Shown here: positions 8,471 through 18,251 of the stretch, piece after piece
How the letters are laid out: each line of letters opens with the position of its first letter
Numbering within the stretch: the stretch's first letter is position 1
NCBI GenBank assembly: GCA_964607485.1
Contig: CAZSKP010000041.1
Coordinates: 1 to 39,764, forward strand
Reading direction: 5' to 3'
Source of the DNA: an uncultured bacterium
GTDB taxonomy: Bacteria > Abyssobacteria > SURF-5
Length of the DNA stretch: 39,764 nucleotides
Program-made: the position numbers and the translations under genes
Notes under the pieces: model-generated
Databases searched by the model: none
Told to the model about the DNA's origin: nothing
Seen by the model: the letters and a program-made list of their open reading frames with translations, nothing else

Positions 8471-10855
8471 TTACTGCATAAACTTGAAGACGGCTTGGTA
8501 GTAGTCGTCGTACACGTACAGGCTGCCGAGAGAATCGACCGCAATTACCTCGGGTTCTTTTAGCGGCTCGTCCTTGCCCACCTTCAGCGCTATTTCCATC
8601 AGGAACCTGCCGTTCGCGTCGAACTTCGCGACGGTGTCCCGGTCGGTCAGCAACACGTACACGAAGCCGAGCCTGTCGGCGGCGAGATCGCCCACCTTGC
8701 CGAACTCGCCCGGTTCCTTGCCCTTTCCGCCAAGCGTCTGGATTCGCTTGCCCTCGGCGTCGAACTTGTACACCACGTACTGCGACGGGTCGGACACGTA
8801 TATGGTTCCCTGTCCGTCAACCGCGACGTGCGCGGGGCGCTTTATCTCGTTGGTGGAGCGGGCGTCGGACGAGGTGAGCGGGACGATCTTCTTCAACTCG
8901 CCGTCGCGCGACAGGATGAACACGGCCTTGCGCCTGTCGTCGAGAATGTAGATGGAGCCGTCCTTCTGTATGTCGATGTCGATGGCGTCCTTCAGATTGC
9001 CGGCCACGTCCTCGCCGGCCGTCAGGAGCTTGTCGAACGCGCCCGTGCCGGTGAAACGCTGGATGCAGCTCGTTCCGCTGTCGAAGATGTAGCAGTTGCC
9101 CTCGCCATCGACGCCGATGCGCACGGGCTTCTGAAACTGTCCCTCGTACTTGCCTTTCTCGCCGAATCTTCCCCGCAGCCACCCATGCCGGCCGAACCTC
9201 TTCACCTGCGCCACTGAGCTGTCGAGCACAAACAGGTTGCCGTCGTCGGTGGCGGCGATGCTGGGCACCTTGCCGAAGTTTTCCTCGCCGAGTATCCCGC
9301 GGAGCGCGCCGGTCGAGTCGAACTCCCACACGCTCGCGTTCGCGGTGCCAATCAGCGTGCGGCCGTCCGAGCCGACGGCCATCGAGGTCGCAACGGGCCC
9401 GCTGGAATCCTTTCCTTTGATGGAGCCGATGTGGGTCTTCAGCTTGCCGTCGGCGTCCAGCTTTCTGACGCTCCCCGCCTCGTTGTCGAGCACAAAGACG
9501 GAACCGCCCCGGCGGTCGGTCAGTATCTCGCCCGAGTCTCCCTCCATGGGGCAGGGATAGCCGGCGCGAAAGCGGAAAGCGCGGTCGAACGCAAGAATCT
9601 CGTCCTTGTCCGAATCGAGCACGTACATGTCTCCGAACTTGTTTGTCGCTATCGATACGGGGCTCACGAGTTGTCCCCGGCCGGTACCCTGCGGGGCGAA
9701 CAAGAGCACAAAGCGCCCGTCCTTGTCGATTGCCACCACGTGGCCCTCGGCCGAGTCGGTGACGAGCATGTCGCCGGCGGGAGTGACCTCCAGGCTGGAG
9801 GGCGAATCAAGCAAAAAAGCCTTTCGGTTGGAGCTATCGAAGACAGTGTCGATGGAATTGCCGTTCGTGTTGAGCCTGTCGAGCGTCTTGTGCGATATGT
9901 CGAGCACGTGCACGACGCCCCCGTCGCCGAGCCGAATCTTCGAGGGGGAGATGCCGAATCCGGAGCCGCCGTGTGTGAGGTCGATCGCTCCGAGGCGGAC
10001 ACCGGCGGGGCTGATTGTGCGAATGAGATTGCTCTTCGCGTCGAGCACCCACATGTTGTCACGATCGTCTATCTCGACATCGGTCACTTCGCCGAACTGC
10101 CATGCGGCCTTGCTGTTGCCCCCGACTGCGGACACGAGGCCATACGGGTCGCTCTCTGCGACGGGCGACACCTCCATCGCCACTTCGCCCCGTGCGCTTC
10201 CGCCCTTTCCATCGTCCACGCGGACGGAGATTTCGTAGGCCCCGGCCTTTTCGGGCGCGACCCACTGCATGACCGGCGACGCGTCGCTCAGGCGGAGCAG
10301 CGTTCCGCCGGTTGCTTCGGCGGAGTAATGGAGCGTGTTTCCTTCATCGTCCACCGCCTCGACATATATGCCGACCTCATGGCCGGGCTTCACCTTCTGT
10401 GAATCGGCCGCGAGCGAGACTATTCTCGGAGAGGTGTTCGGCAGTTTTCCGACCTCATCGCCCACGCTGACGGCGGAATCGCCGAATTCTTCCAGAACGA
10501 CGGCCTGAGCCGAATCCCCGTCGAGAGAGCTGATCCGCACCTTTCCGACGCGCGCCCAGGTGACCTTCACGATCACACCGCCGACGTGGATGACGTCGCG
10601 CTTCTGGTACACCCACAGCTCCTCCTCGCGTCCGAATTGCATGCCCGGCTGCAGGCTGAGGCCGACCTCGCCGTCGGCGCGCGACACGACCGTGCCGGCA
10701 AAGGCCTCGGGATGTATCTCCTCAGCTCGCGCGTTCGCGCCGGCAACGAGCAGCATCAGGAGCGAGAGCAAGAAGGAAAGAAGGCTGCGACCAAACTTAG
10801 CGGGAGTGGTGAGAGGAAGCAGTCCCGTCGGGCGGGGAGAGTTGTTCGCCGTCAT
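8471..10855 (-). CDS. secreted NHL-repeat beta-propeller protein with an Ig/PKD-like domain
   Basis: Signal peptide ending ARA-EE; 'WVAPEKAGAYEISVRVDDGKGG' Ig-like segment; many NHL repeats (GQLVSPVSIATNKFGDMYVLD, GQFQKPVRIGVDGEGNCYIFD). Start overlaps the kinase stop (ATGA). Confidence 0.85.
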   Translation of the reverse strand: MTANNSPRPTGLLPLTTPAKFGRSLLSFLLSLLMLLVAGANARAEEIHPEAFAGTVVSRADGEVGLSLQPGMQFGREEELWVYQKRDVIHVGGVIVKVTWARVGKVRISSLDGDSAQAVVLEEFGDSAVSVGDEVGKLPNTSPRIVSLAADSQKVKPGHEVGIYVEAVDDEGNTLHYSAEATGGTLLRLSDASPVMQWVAPEKAGAYEISVRVDDGKGGSARGEVAMEVSPVAESDPYGLVSAVGGNSKAAWQFGEVTDVEIDDRDNMWVLDAKSNLIRTISPAGVRLGAIDLTHGGSGFGISPSKIRLGDGGVVHVLDISHKTLDRLNTNGNSIDTVFDSSNRKAFLLDSPSSLEVTPAGDMLVTDSAEGHVVAIDKDGRFVLLFAPQGTGRGQLVSPVSIATNKFGDMYVLDSDKDEILAFDRAFRFRAGYPCPMEGDSGEILTDRRGGSVFVLDNEAGSVRKLDADGKLKTHIGSIKGKDSSGPVATSMAVGSDGRTLIGTANASVWEFDSTGALRGILGEENFGKVPSIAATDDGNLFVLDSSVAQVKRFGRHGWLRGRFGEKGKYEGQFQKPVRIGVDGEGNCYIFDSGTSCIQRFTGTGAFDKLLTAGEDVAGNLKDAIDIDIQKDGSIYILDDRRKAVFILSRDGELKKIVPLTSSDARSTNEIKRPAHVAVDGQGTIYVSDPSQYVVYKFDAEGKRIQTLGGKGKEPGEFGKVGDLAADRLGFVYVLLTDRDTVAKFDANGRFLMEIALKVGKDEPLKEPEVIAVDSLGSLYVYDDYYQAVFKFMQ

Positions 10856-13173
10856 TCCATCGCGCATATTTTCCACATGTCCTCCGATTTTTTCCGCAGG
10901 GTCAGCGTCTGGTCAGAGTCCAACAGCGTTATCGAGCCTCCGGTCTGTGCAAAGAATCCGCTGATGCTGAGGTGAAGATCTACGAACACCTCGTTATCGG
11001 TGCGTCCATGTATCTTAATATCGGAGAACGCAACAGTCAAGTCGTCAAACTCTTTGAACAATTTTTCAGCGTTGGAGCGCTGCTTCTTGAAAAAGTCTGG
11101 GACGCCTTCGTCCAGCATGGAGGTGAGCAGCTCGATATTTTCGTTCTCGAATGCGGCCTTGAACCTGACGAGCATGTCCTGCACCTGCTTCACCAGGAGC
11201 GAGTTTTTCGCGAGTCTGAGCTTTTCGAGGTATGCCGGCGTGTCCGGGTCGAGCGAAATAGCGCGTTCGTATGCCGCCGCCGCGTTCGCAAAATCACCGG
11301 CGTTCATGTGACTGTCTCCGGCGATGACGCTCTGAAGGGCCGCGAACTGAGGCGTCATCGTCATGGTCGCCTGGAAACGCGAGGTCTCATCCTTCTTGCA
11401 AACAAGCTTGCGTTTGACGGACTCGTATCCATCCTTTCGGAGGGACACCTCATAATTGCCGACCTCCAGCCGCTTGAGTAACAAGGGGGTGGTTCCCTTG
11501 AACGCGCCATTCAGCAGGACGTCGGCCCCGGCGGGTTCCGAGCCGATGCTGAGCGCGCCGAACTTGGGTTTTTCGATGAGATTGAGCGATATCCGCAGGC
11601 TTTCATCCGGCTGAAGCGTGATTTCCTTTTGCAGATTCTCATACCCGTCGAGTTTCAGTGCGACGGTGTAGCCGGCGGGGCGAAGCTCGGAGACCTCGAG
11701 GGGAGTCTTGCCCTTTTTCGTCCCATCAATATACACGACGGCTCCAGGCGGTTCCGAATCTATCGAGATGGAGCCCTTCGGATTCAGCGCCTCCTTTGCC
11801 GCAACGAAGTCGTGAAACACCTGCGGCGGATTCGACGCGTCGGCCGAGATTTCCTCGGAATGGTCGGGATAGCCTTCGAGTTTCATGGCAAGCATGTGTT
11901 TGCCGGGAGCGACCTCGGGAATGGTCAGAGGCGTCGTGCCCCGCGATTCGGAGTCGAGAAACACTTCGGCGCCTGCCGGCTTGGAGCCTATTTGCACGTT
12001 GGCCCGTTGCGGCTTTTGCGCGGCCTCGGCCTCGGACTGCACGGTGATGGCATGCGCCATTCCGAGCCCGCCCTCTATCGGCTTCGCTGGTTGCTCCGGC
12101 GCCGGAGAGGCCGCCGGCTTTTCATCCTTGGAGAGAAGGTGCTTCATCGCTTCGATACGCTGCCCCGCCCCGTTGCTCAGGACGAAAGAGGTCGAGAACA
12201 CAACCGCGCAGACGGCCACCAGGCTGGCAAAAGCGAGCGTGGGCCAGCGCGTCCGATGTCCATTGACGTGTGAGATGAAATCCCGCGCATCCTGCGAGCC
12301 ATTTCCGCGCGCCTCTCCCGCGGGGGAATCGGCAAAAGCCGGGTCTGCGTTTTCTTTTGTGAGACTCGCTATCTCCTCCAGAAAGGCCGGAATGTCCGGG
12401 TACCTTTCCTCGGGATTCTTCGCCAGCATCTTGGAAATTATCGTCTGAATTCTTTCGGGAATCCTGTTCTTGAACTCATCGGGAAATTCCGGAACGTCGA
12501 ACAACTGTTTCTTGATTGTCTCGGCGGGCGAGTTGCCGGAGAAGGGCGGCTTTCCGGTCAGCATCTCGAAGAACACCGCGCCGAGCGAGTATATGTCGGA
12601 CCTGTGATCCAGGACTCCTTCACCACACTGTTCGGGCGACATGTACTGGGGCGTGCCTATGAATCCCATGGTCTCCTGCGATGTTTCCTCGGAAAGCACC
12701 TTCGAGACCCCGAAATCGGTGACCAGCACTCGACCGGAGGATTCCATGAGAATGTTCGCGGGTTTTATGTCCCTGTGGATGACATCCATCTTGTGAGCGT
12801 AGTTGACGGCGCGGGCAATCTGCGAAATGTAGGTAAGCGCGGCATCGGGCTCAAGCGGGCCATCCCTTCTTATGACTTTCGACAACGACTCGCCGTGAAC
12901 ATATTCCATCGCGAAGAACGGCAAGTCTCCATGGCTGCCGACGCTGTATATCTGGACGATGTTCGGATGGCGCAGCCGCGCCATGGCTTTGGCCTCGCGC
13001 CTGAATCTTTTCACAAAATCCGGACTGTCTATGAATCTGGAGTGCGGTATTTTGAGGGCGACGCTGCGCTCGAGCTCCTTGTCGGCCGCCAGGTACACGG
13101 AGGACATGCCGCCCCGGCCGATGAGCTCGATGATCTGGAAATTACCAACTGTCAAGCCTATCAAACTGTCCAT
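10852..13173 (-). CDS. Hanks-type Ser/Thr protein kinase, transmembrane, with extracellular PEGA domains and a TPR-like helix pair
   Basis: GRGGMSSVY, VALK, HRDIKPAN, DFG, GTPQYMSPEQ, SDIYSLG; TM segment; three PEGA repeats (S.P.GA.V..dG...G.TPL). Confidence 0.93.
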   Translation of the reverse strand: MDSLIGLTVGNFQIIELIGRGGMSSVYLAADKELERSVALKIPHSRFIDSPDFVKRFRREAKAMARLRHPNIVQIYSVGSHGDLPFFAMEYVHGESLSKVIRRDGPLEPDAALTYISQIARAVNYAHKMDVIHRDIKPANILMESSGRVLVTDFGVSKVLSEETSQETMGFIGTPQYMSPEQCGEGVLDHRSDIYSLGAVFFEMLTGKPPFSGNSPAETIKKQLFDVPEFPDEFKNRIPERIQTIISKMLAKNPEERYPDIPAFLEEIASLTKENADPAFADSPAGEARGNGSQDARDFISHVNGHRTRWPTLAFASLVAVCAVVFSTSFVLSNGAGQRIEAMKHLLSKDEKPAASPAPEQPAKPIEGGLGMAHAITVQSEAEAAQKPQRANVQIGSKPAGAEVFLDSESRGTTPLTIPEVAPGKHMLAMKLEGYPDHSEEISADASNPPQVFHDFVAAKEALNPKGSISIDSEPPGAVVYIDGTKKGKTPLEVSELRPAGYTVALKLDGYENLQKEITLQPDESLRISLNLIEKPKFGALSIGSEPAGADVLLNGAFKGTTPLLLKRLEVGNYEVSLRKDGYESVKRKLVCKKDETSRFQATMTMTPQFAALQSVIAGDSHMNAGDFANAAAAYERAISLDPDTPAYLEKLRLAKNSLLVKQVQDMLVRFKAAFENENIELLTSMLDEGVPDFFKKQRSNAEKLFKEFDDLTVAFSDIKIHGRTDNEVFVDLHLSISGFFAQTGGSITLLDSDQTLTLRKKSEDMWKICAME

Positions 13174-13461
13174 TCGGTCCACCGCCCATATTGAGAACCA
13201 CGTGGAGCACATTTAACCGCTCCTAATGTGAGCAATAATTATGCCGCCCTTGTACGGCGTCCGTCTGAAGGAGATAAAGCGTTTCGTATCAAGGGTATCC
13301 GACAACACGGCCCGGCCCGAAAAGGCGCTCGATGTGCGCGTTTATATCGGGGAAAGAACAAATTTCGAACACAAAGGCGAAAAAGGTAATCCGGAGTGGG
13401 GCGCACACGTCGTCATGCGAAACACCCAACCTCATGCCGCGCGCCTTGACATTCCGGCAAC

Positions 13462-13490
13462 TTGCAAAATATTTTTTCAGACGTTAGAAT
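13462..13490 (+). promoter_or_regulatory. sigma70-type promoter for the FHA-GGDEF gene
   Basis: TTGCAA-N17-TAGAAT. Confidence 0.45.
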
Positions 13491-13564
13491 AGCTTTGCAA
13501 GCGGAGCCGTTTTTCGGTGTCCCATTGTACCGTCTTGACTCAATACCTGCGAAGACCGAACCAC

Positions 13565-14473
13565 ATGCCTGAGCGAAAGACCATTATCGATTCCGGTAAC
13601 CCGGGGAAAACTCCCGAGGAGAGACGGCCGAGCCTGATAGTGCTGGCCGGGCGCGATTTCGGCCGTCAGTATTTCCTTCCCCGGGGCGAAACCGCGATAG
13701 GGAGAGACGAGGATTGCGCCATCCGCCTCAATGATGCCCGCGTGTCGAGGAAGCACGCCAAGATAATCGGCGACCCGGGCGTTCAATCCGGGCCGTATTT
13801 CAGAGTCATCGATCTTGGCAGCAGCAACGGGACCTTCCTGAACGACGAGCGAATCAAGGAGGCCGTGCTCAGCGACGGCGACAGAATACGCATCGGATAC
13901 ACAGTTCTCAAATACGCGATCCGCGACGTTGTCGAGATAGAATACGAGGATAAGATTTACCGAATGGCCACCACCGACGCGCTCACGAGGCTTCTCTCGC
14001 GCGAATATTTTTTGCAGCAATACAGCGACGTCTTTCACCGTTCTGAGCGCTACGAGCGTCCGTTCTCCCTCATGATGATTGACATCGACAACTTCAAATC
14101 CGTGAACGACACGCACGGGCATCCCGTTGGCGACATTGTGCTCGAAGGGCTCGGCAGGATGGTCATGGATGTCATTCGACACGAAGATATCGCGGCGCGT
14201 TACGGCGGAGAAGAGTTCGTCGTCCTCTTGCCGGAGACCAAACCCGACGACGCTCGTCATCCCGCCGAGAGGCTTCGCAGAAGTCTTGAAGCCCACACGT
14301 TCAAGGCGGGTGAAAAACTTTTTTCCGTTACCGTCAGCATCGGCATAGCCGGATATCCTGATGATGCGAGCACGATGAACGAGCTGCTGGAAAGGGCCGA
14401 CAGCGCGCTGTACGCGGCCAAGAAGTCGGGCAAGAATTCGGTTCGGGTGTTTCAGTCTAAAGCGAAAGAGTAA
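13565..14473 (+). CDS. FHA-domain diguanylate cyclase
   Basis: FHA motifs GR...VSRKHA...SSNGT; GGDEF domain with DIDNFKSVNDTHGH, RHED I-site and GGEEF. Confidence 0.93.
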   Translation: MPERKTIIDSGNPGKTPEERRPSLIVLAGRDFGRQYFLPRGETAIGRDEDCAIRLNDARVSRKHAKIIGDPGVQSGPYFRVIDLGSSNGTFLNDERIKEAVLSDGDRIRIGYTVLKYAIRDVVEIEYEDKIYRMATTDALTRLLSREYFLQQYSDVFHRSERYERPFSLMMIDIDNFKSVNDTHGHPVGDIVLEGLGRMVMDVIRHEDIAARYGGEEFVVLLPETKPDDARHPAERLRRSLEAHTFKAGEKLFSVTVSIGIAGYPDDASTMNELLERADSALYAAKKSGKNSVRVFQSKAKE

Positions 14474-14502
14474 AGATTCGAAACAATACCCGGGGAACGA
14501 AG

Positions 14503-15285
14503 ATGGCAGCATCGGTCCGCGAGCTTGTGCTGAATGAGACACGCGCGTACGCCGTGTTCGGAAACGGCCGGCTGACCGACCACCGCTTCGCCGTTTCGCT
14601 TGTGTGCGATGAGTTGCCGGACCTGAGATTCAACCGCGCGTACGTCGTCGAGCCGGCGCACCTTGCATCCGAATCTCTCGAGGAGATATCGAGAGATTTT
14701 CTGTCGGTCAGACTGCCGCTTCGGATGGACATCTTCCTGCCGATTCCGCCAGAGACTCAATCGCTGCTCGAACGAAAGGGTTTTGAGCTGACCGAGGACC
14801 ATGCCTCTGAGATGGTTCTAGGGAGGTCGTCGTCGGCGCTCATGAGGAACCGGGCGGTGAAGGTGGAGATGTTGACCGAGCGCTTCCTGGACCCATTCAA
14901 CACGATAATGCTCAAAGCCTTTGGGCCACCCTCCGACGTGGTCGCCACGCTGCGCTCCATCCTGCGGCGTACCGTTCCCCGCGCGCTCGAACACAGGGGA
15001 GCCGCGCTGTATCTCGCGTTCCTGGGGTCCGAGCCGGTCGGAACGCTCTACCTTTTCTCACAGGGCGGCGTGGGCGGCGTGTACAATCTGGCCGTCGAGC
15101 AGTCGGTTCGAAGACAGGGCGTGGCGACGACGCTCATGCTTCAGGCGATCGAGGATTCCAGGGCGGCCGGAAACCAAACGCTCTGCCTCCAGACGCGCGT
15201 CGGCTCGTTTCAAGAGCGGTTTTTCGAACGACTGGGCTTCTACACGGTGGCACGTCGCAAGAGGGCGGTTCGGGGTCAGGTATGA
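14503..15285 (+). CDS. GNAT family N-acetyltransferase
   Basis: VYNLAVEQSVRRQGVATTLM acetyl-CoA motif A; FFERLGF. Confidence 0.85.
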   Translation: MAASVRELVLNETRAYAVFGNGRLTDHRFAVSLVCDELPDLRFNRAYVVEPAHLASESLEEISRDFLSVRLPLRMDIFLPIPPETQSLLERKGFELTEDHASEMVLGRSSSALMRNRAVKVEMLTERFLDPFNTIMLKAFGPPSDVVATLRSILRRTVPRALEHRGAALYLAFLGSEPVGTLYLFSQGGVGGVYNLAVEQSVRRQGVATTLMLQAIEDSRAAGNQTLCLQTRVGSFQERFFERLGFYTVARRKRAVRGQV

Positions 15286-15806
15286 TTACATTGTTCAAGG
15301 AAAGACACAAGAAGAGCATGAGGCGGCTGGACGCGCTCTTTCCCGTCGTCGTGTTTCTGTTGTCGACGGGGCTTATTTTCGGTTGCTTGACGGACGGCGG
15401 TTCTTCGCAGGCAAGCGAAAGCGGCAAGCCGCTCGAGCTGACGCCCGCCGACATTTCCGGCGTCAGAGCCGACAGCGTGCCTGCGGGAGAATACGTCTTC
15501 AACAGTTCAGGTGAGTGGAGCGACTTCTGGTCGAAGTATCACGCGACGCCCGCTCCGGAACTTGATTTGCGCACGTTCACGCTCGTGGCGGTTTTCCTCG
15601 GCATGAAACCGAATCCGGGTTACTCCGTAAAGATAGCGGGCGCCACCGAGTACCGGAACGAGGTCGTCGTCGATGTCGTAGAGTATCTGCCCTCGCCGGA
15701 GCTGAGGTACATTCAGGTTGTCGTGTACCCCTACGACGCCGTCCTCATCCCCAAGACGAGCAAGAAGATTCGTTTCGAGGTGTCCAAAAAAACGGAGCGG
15801 CCATAG
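15282..15806 (+). CDS. PrcB C-terminal-domain lipoprotein
   Basis: LIFGC lipobox; VAVFLGMKPNPGYSVKI...QVVVYPY pattern. The start may instead be MRRLD at 15318. Confidence 0.7.
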   Translation: MITLFKERHKKSMRRLDALFPVVVFLLSTGLIFGCLTDGGSSQASESGKPLELTPADISGVRADSVPAGEYVFNSSGEWSDFWSKYHATPAPELDLRTFTLVAVFLGMKPNPGYSVKIAGATEYRNEVVVDVVEYLPSPELRYIQVVVYPYDAVLIPKTSKKIRFEVSKKTERP

Positions 15807-15848
15807 CGCTCGGTCGTCCACGCGTCATGAGCGCATCGGAACAAGGAC

Positions 15849-17363
15849 TCACGGCGCCGCTCCCGTGTGGCACTCGTTGCAGCTCATCTCCCGCCATGCT
15901 TCCCCGATATCCACGGGGTGCTTGAATTCGACCCCCTTCAGAGATTCGGCGACTTCCTTTCCGCTCCCCTGGCTGATGATGATATGGCACGCGTCGCAAT
16001 CCCTGATCACTACCTGGCCCGCCTTGGTCTTATGCTTTTTGTCATGGCAGCGGAAGCAGCCCTTCCACATCAGATGCCCTATATTGTCGGGATACACGTC
16101 CCACCTCACATCCATTTCGGGAAAGAAGTTGTTTCGATAGATATTCCCCATCTCGTCCACAGCGGCTTCTATCAGGGTGCGTTTGTCCTCGTACAAACCG
16201 GGATATTTCGACTTGTAAAACGCCTTGAGTTCATCCGCCATCGTCTGCAAAGCGAGAGGGGTCGTTTCGTACTCTCTTGACAACAGGTCTACCACCTGGG
16301 ATTTGAGGTAGGGAAGGTCTCTATCCAGCCTGCCCGTCTGCAACGAAATGTTAACGGCCTCCATCGGGGACCGGAATATGTGCGTAGGACGGTCGTGGCA
16401 ATCGATGCAGTCCATTCTTCGAATCTCGTAGGCTTCGGGATTTTTCTCAAGGGGTTCATCTTCCGATTCGAAGACTGTCACCGTTCCATTCTCATCCGTC
16501 TTGCGAATCCATGCGATGTTTTGCCGCTTCTTGTCCGTGGCGATGTATTCGATCTTATTCTCTATGCTCATGTGCCAGTGGATTCCCCCCACGGCGGCGA
16601 ACGTCGGGTCGCCGCCGCCGACTTTAATGAGCAGTCTGATGGTCCAGGGCGTATTCTCTTCATCGGGGAGGAAATGGTGGTTTTCTTTCTCCACGGCTCC
16701 GTAGAACTGTTTGGGCCAATGACACTGTTCGCATGTTTCCTGGGCCGGACGCAGGTTCTTTATCGGGACGGGAATCGGACGGGGGTATTTGTCGAGAAAC
16801 GTCGCGTACACCTGATACATCCCCGACAGCTTCGACCGAACAAACCATCCCGCGCCCGGACCAATATGGCAATCCACGCAGGCGACCCTCGCATGGGGCG
16901 AGTTGCTGTATGCCGTAAACTCCGGCTTCATCACGTGGTGACATGTCTTGCCGCAGAAAGTGACGGAATCGCTGAAATGATACGCCCGATACGATCCAAC
17001 CGAGCTCAGCAGCAGCAGGCCGACGGATGCCACTGCGATCCAGATGAGCGTGCGTCTGTTTTTCGGCGAGTTCAAATCAAGAGTGGGAAAAAGCGGCATC
17101 GCTTCGGGATGCTTCAGATGTACCCTGCGGCGTCTCAGCATTGCGCCCACGATGACGAGCACCAGCCCAATAACCAGGAAAATCGGAAGCACGAAGTAGG
17201 TGATAATGCCTGTGTAAGGGTTGGCGCCGCCCGCCAGGAAATCGAGCACAAAAAATAACACAATGAGAAACAGCGCAGCGCCGCACACTATGAGACCGGC
17301 GATACTAATCCTGTTTATGAGCAGAGATTTCCTGGTGCGTTTAGGCTGTGAATTCGAAGTCAT
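15849..17363 (-). CDS. ImcH-like inner-membrane multiheme cytochrome c (NapC/NirT-type N-terminus, 3 TM, 7 heme motifs)
   Basis: Three N-terminal hydrophobic helices; CGKTCH, CVDCH, CEQCH, CIDCH, CFRCH, CDACH, CNECH; 504 aa. Confidence 0.8.
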   Translation of the reverse strand: MTSNSQPKRTRKSLLINRISIAGLIVCGAALFLIVLFFVLDFLAGGANPYTGIITYFVLPIFLVIGLVLVIVGAMLRRRRVHLKHPEAMPLFPTLDLNSPKNRRTLIWIAVASVGLLLLSSVGSYRAYHFSDSVTFCGKTCHHVMKPEFTAYSNSPHARVACVDCHIGPGAGWFVRSKLSGMYQVYATFLDKYPRPIPVPIKNLRPAQETCEQCHWPKQFYGAVEKENHHFLPDEENTPWTIRLLIKVGGGDPTFAAVGGIHWHMSIENKIEYIATDKKRQNIAWIRKTDENGTVTVFESEDEPLEKNPEAYEIRRMDCIDCHDRPTHIFRSPMEAVNISLQTGRLDRDLPYLKSQVVDLLSREYETTPLALQTMADELKAFYKSKYPGLYEDKRTLIEAAVDEMGNIYRNNFFPEMDVRWDVYPDNIGHLMWKGCFRCHDKKHKTKAGQVVIRDCDACHIIISQGSGKEVAESLKGVEFKHPVDIGEAWREMSCNECHTGAAP

Positions 17364-17396
17364 CGCACTTCCTTTCGGTTTTCCTCCTAATCCCCT

Positions 17397-18230
17397 TCAC
17401 TTGAAGCCCCTTATTTTATCCGATGTGTCAATCAGCTTCAACACTAAACACTTGGTCGCCCCTCCAGCCTTGATGAATTCGGACATATCGAATTCGTGCA
17501 CGACGTATCCCCTCGATTCGAGAGCCGGCCGCAAGCCCTTAGAGCCGCCCCGCGCCTGGATGTAATGGTTCCCCACGACGACCGCGTTGCACACGAATTG
17601 CTCCGCCTCTTCCCCGCTCACCTCGATCCGGTCGGGGAAGTTCGCCTCGATGACCTCGAGCGCATATGAATCGAACGCCCCCGGATAGTACACGACGCTC
17701 TCCGCGCTCAGCGGACAAAAGCACGTGTCGAGATGATAAAACCTCGGGTCGACGAGCTCGAGCGACACGATGCGCACGCCCAGCAACTCCGCAACCATGG
17801 CATGAGCGTTCACGTCCGACCTGATGAGATAGCCCGCGTAAGCGTTCTCATCGTCCGCGAACAACACGTCGCCTTCGCCCTCGAAGTGGAGGTTGTCCGG
17901 TAACGTGTGGACCGAATAGCCGTTTTCCTTGAACCATGCGTCGTAGTACCGGCTCTCGCCCCTCCGCTCCTCGGCGCGGAAATTGCTCGAAATGAACTTT
18001 TTGTTCATGGCCAGCCCGGCGTTTGCCGTGAACACCATATCGGGCAGTCCGGGAACCGGCTGGATGAGCTTGACATTCAGCTTCAATTCCGTCGAAAGGA
18101 ACCCGTAAAGCGCCTCCCACTGCTCGCGCGCGAGCCGTCGGTCGGCCTGGCGCTCCAGGCTCATCCACGGATTGATCTCGTATTCGATCCCAAAGTGATC
18201 GGCCGGACACATGAAGAAAGTGGATTTCAT
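17397..18230 (-). CDS. amidinotransferase / arginine dihydrolase-like (ArgZ N-terminal domain homolog)
   Basis: YEINPWM, PGLPDMVFTANAG, FEGEGD, FYHLDTCF and EFIKAGGATKC (guanidino-modifying pentein Cys-His-Glu). Confidence 0.85.
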   Translation of the reverse strand: MKSTFFMCPADHFGIEYEINPWMSLERQADRRLAREQWEALYGFLSTELKLNVKLIQPVPGLPDMVFTANAGLAMNKKFISSNFRAEERRGESRYYDAWFKENGYSVHTLPDNLHFEGEGDVLFADDENAYAGYLIRSDVNAHAMVAELLGVRIVSLELVDPRFYHLDTCFCPLSAESVVYYPGAFDSYALEVIEANFPDRIEVSGEEAEQFVCNAVVVGNHYIQARGGSKGLRPALESRGYVVHEFDMSEFIKAGGATKCLVLKLIDTSDKIRGFK

Positions 18231-18251
18231 GGAAATCGGGTTTGCGTCGGC

